Shown in pieces: positions 1 to 10,853 of a stretch of DNA of 64,000 nucleotides. The stretch lies in contig NC_134035.1 of NCBI RefSeq assembly GCF_964204645.1, forward strand, positions 7,844,451 to 7,908,450. Reading direction: 5' to 3'. The first letter of the stretch is position 1. Every line of letters begins with the position of its first letter. A program made the translations under genes and the position numbers. Origin of the DNA: Tubulanus polymorphus (lineage: Eukaryota > Animalia > Nemertea). The notes beneath the pieces are model-generated. The model saw only the letters and a list, made by a program, of their open reading frames with translations. It searched no databases and was not told where the DNA came from.

Positions 1-212
1 AGCAACTTAGCAACACAATCTGTGACGTCACATTACCAGAAAACATCCAATCTTCTATCTCTAACAAAGTATCGATTTGGGAATATATCTGCGACAACAA
101 AATTTTGACGGCTTCGTTCAACTAATGGCGAAAACGAACAAGCAAATAAACAAACAAATAAACGGCTGTTTACGAGTGCTTTTAATTTTTGAAATAAATC
201 GAGCAAAATTTG

Positions 213-218
213 AAAAAA
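213..218 (-). terminator. Pol III terminator T6 (copy 1; same in each unit), with a secondary T4 at 205-208
   Basis: Minus strand reads ...GTAGAC-TTTTTT-CAAA-TTTT directly after the gene. Confidence 0.9.
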
Positions 219-336
219 GTCTACAGCACCCGGTATTCCCAGGCGGTCACCCATCCAAGTACTAACCGGGCCCGACGTTGCTTAACTTCGGTGATCGGAC
301 GAGAACCGGTGCTTTCAACGTGGTATGGCCGTAGAC
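218..336 (-). rRNA. 5S: 5S rRNA copy 1
   Basis: Reverse complement GTCTACGGCCATACCACGTTGAAAGCACCGGTTCTCGTCCGATCACCGAAGTTAAGCAACGTCGGGCCCGGTTAGTACTTGGATGGGTGACCGCCTGGGAATACCGGGTGCTGTAGACT; canonical eukaryotic 5S motifs, helix I pairs 1-9 with 110-118. Confidence 0.99.
240..287 (-). promoter_or_regulatory. Type 1 Pol III internal control region (box A, intermediate element, box C), copy 1 as representative
   Basis: +50..64 AGTTAAGCAACGTCG and +80..97 TGGATGGGTGACCGCCTG at the canonical TFIIIA-binding positions (Xenopus numbering). Confidence 0.85.
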
Positions 337-359
337 AACAAAACGTATCAATCTAACCG

Positions 360-370
360 TTTTGATATTA
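360..370 (-). promoter_or_regulatory. TATA-like upstream element TAATATCAAAA at -34..-24 (copy 1 as representative)
   Basis: AT-rich element at the position where many metazoan 5S genes have a TATA-like box; retained in the 526-bp units. Confidence 0.5.
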
Positions 371-577
371 CCTTCTCGACAGGATCGCCACCTCAGCGAG
401 GCATCCACTTTTTATGTCTCTTTTAACACAGTTTCAATTGCTCAACTGATAAAACCAGGTACAATTATCCATTCGCTCCATCGAAAGATGTAGAAACAAA
501 CGCCTTTCCCTTCGCTCAAGGATCGGCGTTGAATAAGGCGGAGGAAACTATGAGAACAGCTACTTAGCAACACAATC

Positions 578-589
578 TGTGACGTCACA
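578..589. promoter_or_regulatory. Perfect 12-bp palindrome TGTGACGTCACA containing the consensus CRE (TGACGTCA); one per spacer
   Basis: Seen directly (also 21-32); function inferred only from the ATF/CREB consensus. Confidence 0.4.
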
Positions 590-685
590 TTACCAGAAAA
601 CATCCAATCTTCTATCTAACAAAGTATCGATTTGGGAATATATCTGCGACAACAAAATTTTGACAGCTTCGTTCAACTAATGGCG

Positions 686-718
686 AAAACAAACAAGCAA
701 ATAAACAAACAAATAAAC
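686..718 (+). repeat. Degenerate (AAAC/AAAT)n low-complexity tract in the spacer, T-rich on the transcribed strand downstream of the gene (representative)
   Basis: aaaacaaacaagcaaataaacaaacaaataaac. Confidence 0.7.
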
Positions 719-772
719 GGCTGTTTGCGAGTGCTTTTAATTTTTGAAATAAATCGAGCAAAATTTGAAAAA

Positions 773-891
773 AGTCTACAGCACCCGGTATTCCCAGGCG
801 GTCACCCATCCAAGTACTAACCGGGCCCGACGTTGCTTAACTTCGGTGATCGGACGAGAACCGGTGCTTTCAACGTGGTATGGCCGTAGAC
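773..891 (-). rRNA. 5S: 5S rRNA copy 2
   Basis: As copy 1. Confidence 0.98.
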
Positions 892-1329
892 AACAAAACG
901 TATAAATCTAACCGTTTTGATATTACCTTCTCGATAGGATCGCCACCTCAGCGAGGCATCCACTTTTTATGTCTCTTTTAACACAGTTTCAATTGCTCAA
1001 CTGATAAAACCAGGTACAATTATCCATTCGCTCCATCGAAAGATGTAGAAACAAACGCCTTTCCCTTCGCTCAAGGATCGGCGTTGAATAAGGCGGAGGA
1101 AACTATGAGAACAGCTACTTAGCAACACAATCTGTGACGTCACATTACCAGAAAACATCCAATCTTCTATCTCTAACAAAGTATCGATTTGGGAATATAT
1201 CTGCGACAACAAAATTTTGACGGCTTCGTTCAACTAATGGCGAAAACGAACAAGCAAATAAACAAACAAATAAACGGCTGTTTACGAGTGCTTTTAATTT
1301 TTGAAATAAATCGAGCAAAATTTGAAAAA

Positions 1330-1448
1330 AGTCTACAGCACCCGGTATTCCCAGGCGGTCACCCATCCAAGTACTAACCGGGCCCGACGTTGCTTAACTT
1401 CGGTGATCGGACGAGAACCGGTGCTTTCAACGTGGTATGGCCGTAGAC
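1330..1448 (-). rRNA. 5S: 5S rRNA copy 3
   Basis: As copy 1. Confidence 0.98.
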
Positions 1449-1886
1449 AACAAAACGTATAAATCTAACCGTTTTGATATTACCTTCTCGATAGGATCGC
1501 CACCTCAGCGAGGCATCCACTTTTTATGTCTCTTTTAACACAGTTTCAATTGCTCAACTGATAAAACCAGGTACAATTATCCATTCGCTCCATCGAAAGA
1601 TGTAGAAACAAACGCCTTTCCCTTCGCTCAAGGATCGGCGTTGAATAAGGCGGAGGAAACTATGAGAACAGCTACTTAGCAACACAATCTGTGACGTCAC
1701 ATTACCAGAAAACATCCAATCTTCTATCTCTAACAAAGTATCGATTTGGGAATATATCTGCGACAACAAAATTTTGACAGCTTCGTTCAACTAATGGCGT
1801 AAACAAACAAGCAAATAAACAAACAAATAAACGGCTGTTTGCGAGTGCTTTTAATTTTTGAAATAAATCGAGCAAAATTTGAAAAA

Positions 1887-2005
1887 AGTCTACAGCACCC
1901 GGTATTCCCAGGCGGTCACCCATCCAAGTACTAACCGGGCCCGACGTTGCTTAACTTCGGTGATCGGACGAGAACCGGTGCTTTCAACGTGGTATGGCCG
2001 TAGAC
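1887..2005 (-). rRNA. 5S: 5S rRNA copy 4
   Basis: As copy 1. Confidence 0.98.
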
Positions 2006-2443
2006 AACAAAACGTATAAATCTAACCGTTTTGATATTACCTTCTCGATAGGATCGCCACCTCAGCGAGGCATCCACTTTTTATGTCTCTTTTAACACAG
2101 TTTCAATTGCTCAACTGATAAAACCAGGTACAATTATCCATTCGCTCCATCGAAAGATGTAGAAACAAACGCCTTTCCCTTCGCTCAAGGATCGGCGTTG
2201 AATAAGGCGGAGGAAACTATGAGAACAGCTACTTAGCAACACAATCTGTGACGTCACATTACCAGAAAACATCCAATCTTCTATCTCTAACAAAGTATCG
2301 ATTTGGGAATATATCTGCGACAACAAAATTTTGACGGCTTCGTTCAACTAATGGCGAAAACGAACAAGCAAATAAACAAACAAATAAACGGCTGTTTACG
2401 AGTGCTTTTAATTTTTGAAATAAATCGAGCAAAATTTGAAAAA

Positions 2444-2562
2444 AGTCTACAGCACCCGGTATTCCCAGGCGGTCACCCATCCAAGTACTAACCGGGCCCG
2501 ACGTTGCTTAACTTCGGTGATCGGACGAGAACCGGTGCTTTCAACGTGGTATGGCCGTAGAC
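2444..2562 (-). rRNA. 5S: 5S rRNA copy 5
   Basis: As copy 1. Confidence 0.98.
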
Positions 2563-3000
2563 AACAAAACGTATCAATCTAACCGTTTTGATATTACCTT
2601 CTCGATAGGATCGCCACCTCAGCGAGGCATCCACTTTTTATGTCTCTTTTAACACAGTTTCAATTGCTCAACTGATAAAACCAGGTACAATTATCCATTC
2701 GCTCCATCGAAAGATGTAGAAACAAACGCCTTTCCCTTCGCTCAAGGATCGGCGTTGAATAAGGCGGAGGAAACTATGAGAACAGCTACTTAGCAACACA
2801 ATCTGTGACGTCACATTACCCGAAAACATCCAATCTTCTATCTCTAACAAAGTATCGATTTGGGAATATATCTGCGACAACAAAATTTTGACACCTTCGT
2901 TCAACTAATGGCGTAAACAAACAAGCAAATAAACAAACAAATAAACGGCTGTTTGCGAGTGCTTTTAATTTTTGAAATAAATCGAGCAAAATTTGAAAAA

Positions 3001-3119
3001 AGTCTACAGCACCCGGTATTCCCAGGCGGTCACCCATCCAAGTACTAACCGGGCCCGACGTTGCTTAACTTCGGTGATCGGACGAGAACCGGTGCTTTCA
3101 ACGTGGTATGACCGTAGAC
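3001..3119 (-). rRNA. 5S: 5S rRNA copy 6 (C9U variant)
   Basis: As copy 1; substitution at 3111. Confidence 0.97.
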
Positions 3120-3557
3120 AACAAAACGTATAAATCTAACCGTTTTGATATTACCTTCTCGATAGGATCGCCACCTCAGCGAGGCATCCACTTTTTATGT
3201 CTCTTTTAACACAGTTTCAATTGCTCAACTGATAAAACCAGGTACAATTATCCATTCGCTCCATCGAAAGATGTAGAAACAAACGCCTTTCCCTTCGCTC
3301 AAGGATCGGCGTTGAATAAGGCGGAGGAAACTATGAGAACAGCTACTTAGCAACACAATCTGTGACGTCACATTACCAGAAAACATCCAATCTTCTATCT
3401 CTAACAAAGTATCGATTTGGGAATATATCTGCGACAACAAAATTTTGACGGCTTCGTTCAACTAATGGCGAAAACGAACAAGCAAATAAACAAACAAATA
3501 AACGGCTGTTTACGAGTGCTTTTAATTTTTGAAATAAATCGTGCAAAATTTGAAAAA

Positions 3558-3676
3558 AGTCTACAGCACCCGGTATTCCCAGGCGGTCACCCATCCAAGT
3601 ACTAACCGGGCCCGACGTTGCTTAACTTCGGTGATCGGACGAGAACCGGTGCTTTCAACGTGGTATGGCCGTAGAC
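3558..3676 (-). rRNA. 5S: 5S rRNA copy 7
   Basis: As copy 1. Confidence 0.98.
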
Positions 3677-4114
3677 AACAAAACGTATAAATCTAACCGT
3701 TTTGATATTACCTTCTCGATAGGATCGCCACCTCAGCGAGGCATCCACTTTTTATGTCTCTTTTAACACAGTTTCAATTGCTCAACTGATAAAACCAGGT
3801 ACAATTATCCATTCGCTCCATCGAAAGATGTAGAAACAAACGCCTTTCCCTTCGCTCAAGGATCGGCGTTGAATAAGGCGGAGGAAACTATGAGAACAGC
3901 TACTTAGCAACACAATCTGTGACGTCACATTACCAGAAAACATCCAATCTTCTATCTCTAACAAAGTATCGATTTGGGAATATATCTGCGACAACAAAAT
4001 TTTGACGGCTTCGTTCAACTAATGGCGAAAACGAACAAGCAAATAAACAAACAAATAAACGGCTGTTTACGAGTGCTTTTAATTTTTGAAATAAATCGAG
4101 CAAAATTTGAAAAA

Positions 4115-4233
4115 AGTCTACAGCACCCGGTATTCCCAGGCGGTCACCCATCCAAGTACTAACCGGGCCCGACGTTGCTTAACTTCGGTGATCGGACGAG
4201 AACCGGTGCTTTCAACGTGGTATGGCCGTAGAC
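4115..4233 (-). rRNA. 5S: 5S rRNA copy 8 (31-bp upstream deletion)
   Basis: As copy 1. Confidence 0.97.
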
Positions 4234-4640
4234 AACAAAACGTATCAATCTAACCGTTTTGATATTACCTTCACTTTTTATGTCTCTTTTAACACAGTTT
4301 CAATTGCTCAACTGATAAAACCAGGTACAATTATCCATTCGCTCCATCGAAAGATGTAGAAACAAACGCCTTTCCCTTCGCTCAAGGATCGGCGTTGAAT
4401 AAGGCGGAGGAAACTATGAGAACAGCTACTTAGCAACACAATCTGTGACGTCACATTACCAGAAAACATCCAATCTTCTATCTCTAACAAAGTATCGATT
4501 TGGGAATATATCTGCGACAACAAAATTTTGACACCTTCGTTCAACTAATGGCGTAAACAAACAAGCAAATAAACAAACAAATAAACGGCTGTTTGCGAGT
4601 GCTTTTAATTTTTGAAATAAATCGAGCAAAATTTGAAAAA

Positions 4641-4759
4641 AGTCTACAGCACCCGGTATTCCCAGGCGGTCACCCATCCAAGTACTAACCGGGCCCGACG
4701 TTGCTTAACTTCGGTGATCGGACGAGAACCGGTGCTTTCAACGTGGTATGGCCGTAGAC
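4641..4759 (-). rRNA. 5S: 5S rRNA copy 9
   Basis: As copy 1. Confidence 0.98.
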
Positions 4760-5197
4760 AACAAAACGTATAAATCTAACCGTTTTGATATTACCTTCTC
4801 GATAGGATCGCCACCTCAGCGAGGCATCCACTTTTTATGTCTCTTTTAACACAGTTTCAATTGCTCAACTGATAAAACCAGGTACAATTATCCATTCGCT
4901 CCATCGAAAGATGTAGAAACAAACGCCTTTCCCTTCGCTCAAGGATCGGCGTTGAATAAGGCGGAGGAAACTATGAGAACGGCTACTTAGCAACACAATC
5001 TGTGACGTCACATTACCAGAAAACATCCAATCTTCTATCTCTAACAAAGTATCGATTTGGGAATATATCTGCGACAACAAAATTTTGACGGCTTCGTTCA
5101 ACTAATGGCGAAAACGAACAAGCAAATAAACAAACAAATAAACGGCTGTTTACGAGTGCTTTTAATTTTTGAAATAAATCGAGCAAAATTTGAAAAA

Positions 5198-5316
5198 AGT
5201 CTACAGCACCCGGTATTCCCAGGCGGTCACCCATCCAAGTACTAACCGGGCCCGACGTTGCTTAACTTCGGTGATCGGACGAGAACCGGTGCTTTCAACG
5301 TGGTATGGCCGTAGAC
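5198..5316 (-). rRNA. 5S: 5S rRNA copy 10
   Basis: As copy 1. Confidence 0.98.
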
Positions 5317-5754
5317 AACAAAACGTATCAATCTAACCGTTTTGATATTACCTTCTCGATAGGATCGCCACCTCAGCGAGGCATCCACTTTTTATGTCTC
5401 TTTTAACACAGTTTCAATTGCTCAACTGATAAAACCAGGTACAATTATCCATTCGCTCCATCGAAAGATGTAGAAACAAACGCCTTTCCCTTCGCTCAAG
5501 GATCGGCGTTGAATAAGGCGGAGGAAACTATGAGAACAGCTACTTAGCAACACAATCTGTGACGTCACATTACCAGAAAACATCCAATCTTCTATCTCTA
5601 ACAAAGTATCGATTTGGGAATATATCTGCGACAACAAAATTTTGACACCTTCGTTCAACTAATGGCGTAAACAAACAAGCAAATAAACAAACAAATAAAC
5701 GGCTGTTTGCGAGTGCTTTTAATTTTTGAAATAAATCGAGCAAAATTTGAAAAA

Positions 5755-5873
5755 AGTCTACAGCACCCGGTATTCCCAGGCGGTCACCCATCCAAGTACT
5801 AACCGGGCCCGACGTTGCTTAACTTCGGTGATCGGACGAGAACCGGTGCTTTCAACGTGGTATGGCCGTAGAC
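5755..5873 (-). rRNA. 5S: 5S rRNA copy 11
   Basis: As copy 1. Confidence 0.98.
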
Positions 5874-6311
5874 AACAAAACGTATCAATCTAACCGTTTT
5901 GATATTACCTTCTCGATAGGATCGCCACCTCAGCGAGGCATCCACTTTTTATGTCTCTTTTAACACAGTTTCAATTGCTCAACTGATAAAACCAGGTACA
6001 ATTATCCATTCGCTCCATCGAAAGATGTAGAAACAAACGCCTTTCCCTTCGCTCAAGGATCGGCGTTGAATAAGGCGGAGGAAACTATGAGAACAGCTAC
6101 TTAGCAACACAATCTGTGACGTCACATTACCAGAAAACATCCAATCTTCTATCTCTAACAAAGTATCGATTTGGGAATATATCTGCGACAACAAAATTTT
6201 GACGGCTTCGTTCAACTAATGGCGAAAACGAACAAGCAAATAAACAAACAAATAAACGGCTGTTTACGAGTGCTTTTAATTTTTGAAATAAATCGAGCAA
6301 AATTTGAAAAA

Positions 6312-6430
6312 AGTCTACAGCACCCGGTATTCCCAGGCGGTCACCCATCCAAGTACTATCCGGGCCCGACGTTGCTTAACTTCGGTGATCGGACGAGAAC
6401 CGGTGCTTTCAACGTGGTATGGCCGTAGAC
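6312..6430 (-). rRNA. 5S: 5S rRNA copy 12 (U72A variant; 31-bp upstream deletion)
   Basis: As copy 1; substitution at 6359. Confidence 0.96.
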
Positions 6431-6837
6431 AACAAAACGTATCAATCTAACCGTTTTGATATTACCTTCACTTTTTATGTCTCTTTTAACACAGTTTCAA
6501 TTGCTCAACTGATAAAACCAGGTACAATTATCCATTCGCTCCATCGAAAGATGTAGAAACAAACGCCTTTCCCTTCGCTCAAGGATCGGCGTTGAATAAG
6601 GCGGAGGAAACTATGAGAACAGCTACTTAGCAACACAATCTGTGACGTCACATTACCAGAAAACATCCAATCTTCTATCTCTAACAAAGTATCGATTTGG
6701 GAATATATCTGCGACAACAAAATTTTGACGGCTTCGTTCAACTAATGGCGAAAACAAACAAGCAAATAAACAAACAAATAAACGACTGTTTACGAGTGCT
6801 TTTAATTTTTGAAATAAATCGAGCAAAATTTGAAAAA

Positions 6838-6956
6838 AGTCTACAGCACCCGGTATTCCCAGGCGGTCACCCATCCAAGTACTAACCGGGCCCGACGTTG
6901 CTTAACTTCGGTGATCGGACGAGAACCGGTGCTTTCAACGTGGTATGGCCGTAGAC
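6838..6956 (-). rRNA. 5S: 5S rRNA copy 13
   Basis: As copy 1. Confidence 0.98.
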
Positions 6957-7394
6957 AACAAAACGTATAAATCTAACCGTTTTGATATTACCTTCTCGAT
7001 AGGATCGCCACCTCAGCGAGGCATCCACTTTTTATGTCTCTTTTAACACAGTTTCAATTGCTCAACTGATAAAACCAGGTACAATTATCCATTCGCTCCA
7101 TCGAAAGATGTAGAAACAAACGCCTTTCCCTTCGCTCAAGGATCGGCGTTGAATAAGGCGGAGGAAACTATGAGAACAGCTACTTAGCAACACAATCTGT
7201 GACGTCACATTACCAGAAAACATCCAATCTTCTATCTCTAACAAAGTATCGATTTGGGAATATATCTGCGACAACAAAATTTTGACGGCTTCGTTCAACT
7301 AATGGCGAAAACGAACAAGCAAATAAACAAACAAATAAACGGCTGTTTACGAGTGCTTTTAATTTTTGAAATAAATCGAGCAAAATTTGAAAAA

Positions 7395-7513
7395 AGTCTA
7401 CAGCACCCGGTATTCCCAGGCGGTCACCCATCCAAGTACTAACCGGGCCCGACGTTGCTTAACTTCGGTGATCGGACGAGAACCGGTGCTTTCAACGTGG
7501 TATGGCCGTAGAC
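7395..7513 (-). rRNA. 5S: 5S rRNA copy 14
   Basis: As copy 1. Confidence 0.98.
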
Positions 7514-7949
7514 AACAAAACGTATCAATCTAACCGTTTTGATATTACCTTCTCGATAGGATCGCCACCTCAGCGAGGCATCCACTTTTTATGTCTCTTT
7601 TAACACAGTTTCAATTGCTCAACTGATAAAACCAGGTACAATTATCCATTCGCTCCATCGAAAGATGTAGAAACAAACGCCTTTCCCTTCGCTCAAGGAT
7701 CGGCGTTGAATAAGGCGGAGGAAACTATGAGAACAGCTACTTAGCAACACAATCTGTGACGTCACATTACCAGAAAACATCCAATCTTCTATCTAACAAA
7801 GTATCGATTTGGGAATATATCTGCGAGAACAAAATTTTGACAGCTTCGTTCAACTAATGGCGAAAACAAACAAGCAAATAAACAAACAAATAAACGGCTG
7901 TTTGCGAGTGCTTTTAATTTTTGAAATAAATCGAGCAAAATTTGAAAAA

Positions 7950-8068
7950 AGTCTACAGCACCCGGTATTCCCAGGCGGTCACCCATCCAAGTACTAACCG
8001 GGCCCGACGTTGCTTAACTTCGGTGATCGGACGAGAACCGGTGCTTTCAACGTGGTATGGCCGTAGAC
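7950..8068 (-). rRNA. 5S: 5S rRNA copy 15
   Basis: As copy 1. Confidence 0.98.
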
Positions 8069-8506
8069 AACAAAACGTATAAATCTAACCGTTTTGATAT
8101 TACCTTCTCGATAGGATCGCCACCTCAGCGAGGCATCCACTTTTTATGTCTCTTTTAACACAGTTTCAATTGCTCAACTGATAAAACCAGGTACAATTAT
8201 CCATTCGCTCCATCGAAAGATGTAGAAACAAACGCCTTTCCCTTCGCTCAAGGATCGGCGTTGAATAAGGCGGAGGAAACTATGAGAACAGCTACTTAGC
8301 AACACAATCTGTGACGTCACATTACCAGAAAACATCCAATCTTCTATCTCTAACAATGTATCGATTTGGGAATATATCTGCGACAACAAAATTTTGACGG
8401 CTTCGTTCAACTAATGGCGAAAACGAACAAGCAAATAAACAAACAAATAAACGGCTGTTTACGAGTGCTTTTAATTTTTGAAATAAATCGAGCAAAATTT
8501 GAAAAA

Positions 8507-8625
8507 AGTCTACAGCACCCGGTATTCCCAGGCGGTCACCCATCCAAGTACTAACCGGGCCCGACGTTGCTTAACTTCGGTGATCGGACGAGAACCGGTG
8601 CTTTCAACGTGGTATGGCCGTAGAC
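8507..8625 (-). rRNA. 5S: 5S rRNA copy 16
   Basis: As copy 1. Confidence 0.98.
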
Positions 8626-9063
8626 AACAAAACGTATAAATCTAACCGTTTTGATATTACCTTCTCGATAGGATCGCCACCTCAGCGAGGCATCCACTTT
8701 TTATGTCTCTTTTAACACAGTTTCAATTGCTCAACTGATAAAACCAGGTACAATTATCCATTCGCTCCATCGAAAGATGTAGAAACAAACGCCTTTCCCT
8801 TCGCTCAAGGATCGGCGTTGAATAAGGCGGAGGAAACTATGAGAACAGCTACTTAGCAACACAATCTGTGACGTCACATTACCAGAAAACATCCAATCTT
8901 CTATCTCTAACAAAGTATCGATTTGGGAATATATCTGCGACAACAAAATTTTGACAGCTTCGTTCAACTAATGGCGTAAACAAACAAGCAAATAAACAAA
9001 CAAATAAACGGCTGTTTGCGAGTGCTTTTAATTTTTGAAATAAATCGAGCAAAATTTGAAAAA

Positions 9064-9182
9064 AGTCTACAGCACCCGGTATTCCCAGGCGGTCACCCAT
9101 CCAAGTACTAACCGGGCCCGACGTTGCTTAACTTCGGTGATCGGACGAGAACCGGTGCTTTCAACGTGGTATGGCCGTAGAC
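9064..9182 (-). rRNA. 5S: 5S rRNA copy 17
   Basis: As copy 1. Confidence 0.98.
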
Positions 9183-9620
9183 AACAAAACGTATAAATCT
9201 AACCGTTTTGATATTACCTTCTCGATAGGATCGCCACCTCAGCGAGGCATCCACTTTTTATGTCTCTTTTAACACAGTTTCAATTGCTCAACTGATAAAA
9301 CCAGGTACAATTATCCATTCGCTCCATCGAAAGATGTAGAAACAAACGCCTTTCCCTTCGCTCAAGGATCGGCGTTGAATAAGGCGGAGGAAACTATGAG
9401 AACAGCTACTTAGCAACACAATCTGTGACGTCACATTACCAGAAAACATCCAATCTTCTATCTCTAACAAAGTATCGATTTGGGAATATATCTGCGACAA
9501 CAAAATTTTGACGGCTTCGTTCAACTAATGGCGAAAACGAACAAGCAAATAAACAAACAAATAAACGGCTGTTTACGAGTGCTTTTAATTTTTGAAATAA
9601 ATCGAGCAAAATTTGAAAAA

Positions 9621-9739
9621 AGTCTACAGCACCCGGTATTCCCAGGCGGTCACCCATCCAAGTACTAACCGGGCCCGACGTTGCTTAACTTCGGTGATCG
9701 GACGAGAACCGGTGCTTTCAACGTGGTATGGCCGTAGAC
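9621..9739 (-). rRNA. 5S: 5S rRNA copy 18
   Basis: As copy 1. Confidence 0.98.
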
Positions 9740-10177
9740 AACAAAACGTATCAATCTAACCGTTTTGATATTACCTTCTCGATAGGATCGCCACCTCAGC
9801 GAGGCATCCACTTTTTATGTCTCTTTTAACACAGTTTCAATTGCTCAACTGATAAAACGAGGTACAATTATCCATTCGCTCCATCGAAAGATGTAGAAAC
9901 AAACGCCTTTCCCTTCGCTCAAGGATCGGCGTTGAATAAGGCGGAGGAAACTATGAGAACAGCTACTTAGCAACACAATCTGTGACGTCACATTACCAGA
10001 AAACATCCAATCTTCTATCTCTAACAAAGTATCGATTTGGGAATATATCTGCGACGACAAAATTTTGACACCTTCGTTCAACTAATGGCGTAAACAAACA
10101 AGCAAATAAACAAACAAATAAACGGCTGTTTGCGAGTGCTTTTAATTTTTGAAATAAATCGAGCAAAATTTGAAAAA

Positions 10178-10296
10178 AGTCTACAGCACCCGGTATTCCC
10201 AGGCGGTCACCCATCCAAGTACTAACCGGGCCCGACGTTGCTTAACTTCGGTGATCGGACGAGAACCGGTGCTTTCAACGTGGTATGGCCGTAGAC
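10178..10296 (-). rRNA. 5S: 5S rRNA copy 19
   Basis: As copy 1. Confidence 0.98.
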
Positions 10297-10734
10297 AACA
10301 AAACGTATCAATCTAACCGTTTTGATATTACCTTCTCGATAGGATCGCCACCTCAGCGAGGCATCCACTTTTTATGTCTCTTTTAACACAGTTTCAATTG
10401 CTCAACTGATAAAACCAGGTACAATTATCCATTCGCTCCATCGAAAGATGTAGAAACAAACGCCTTTCCCTTCGCTCAAGGATCGGCGTTGAATAAGGCG
10501 GAGGAAACTATGAGAACAGCTACTTAGCAACACAATCTGTGACGTCACATTACCAGAAAACATCCAATCTTCTATCTCTAACAAAGTATCGATTTGGGAA
10601 TATATCTGCGACAACAAAATTTTGACAGCTTCGTTCAACTAATGGCGTAAACAAACAAGCAAATAAACAAACAAATAAACGGCTGTTTGCGAGTGCTTTT
10701 AATTTTTGAAATAAATCGAGCAAAATTTGAAAAA

Positions 10735-10853
10735 AGTCTACAGCACCCGGTATTCCCAGGCGGTCACCCATCCAAGTACTAACCGGGCCCGACGTTGCTT
10801 AACTTCGGTGATCGGACGAGAACCGGTGCTTTCAACGTGGTATGGCCGTAGAC
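10735..10853 (-). rRNA. 5S: 5S rRNA copy 20
   Basis: As copy 1. Confidence 0.98.

Noticed and set aside
218-336. 5S-derived SINE (SINE3) or Cassandra element
   Set aside because: The gene is full length with an intact terminator; there is no LINE tail, LTR or target-site duplication
376-406. 31-bp segment as a mobile mini-element
   Set aside because: No target-site duplication, only one position per unit, and the identical junctions are explained by a single event spread by recombination
446-500. Hammerhead ribozyme-like CTGATAA...GAAA
   Set aside because: The core needs CUGANGA (here CUGAUAA), and I could not build the three flanking stems
529-540. TTGAATAAG resembles the 3' end of the Ciona spliced leader as I recall it
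   Set aside because: Only a 9-nt match, followed by GCGG instead of a GT donor, with no nearby Sm site
337-767. tRNA or U1/U2/U5/U6 snRNA gene linked in the spacer
   Set aside because: No cloverleaf with box A/B and no snRNA signature sequence recognised on either strand (by eye; tRNAscan-SE and Rfam would be decisive)
3111-3111. C9U variant as an inactivating mutation
   Set aside because: It converts C9-G110 to a U-G wobble, which is probably tolerated, and a singleton may be a sequencing error
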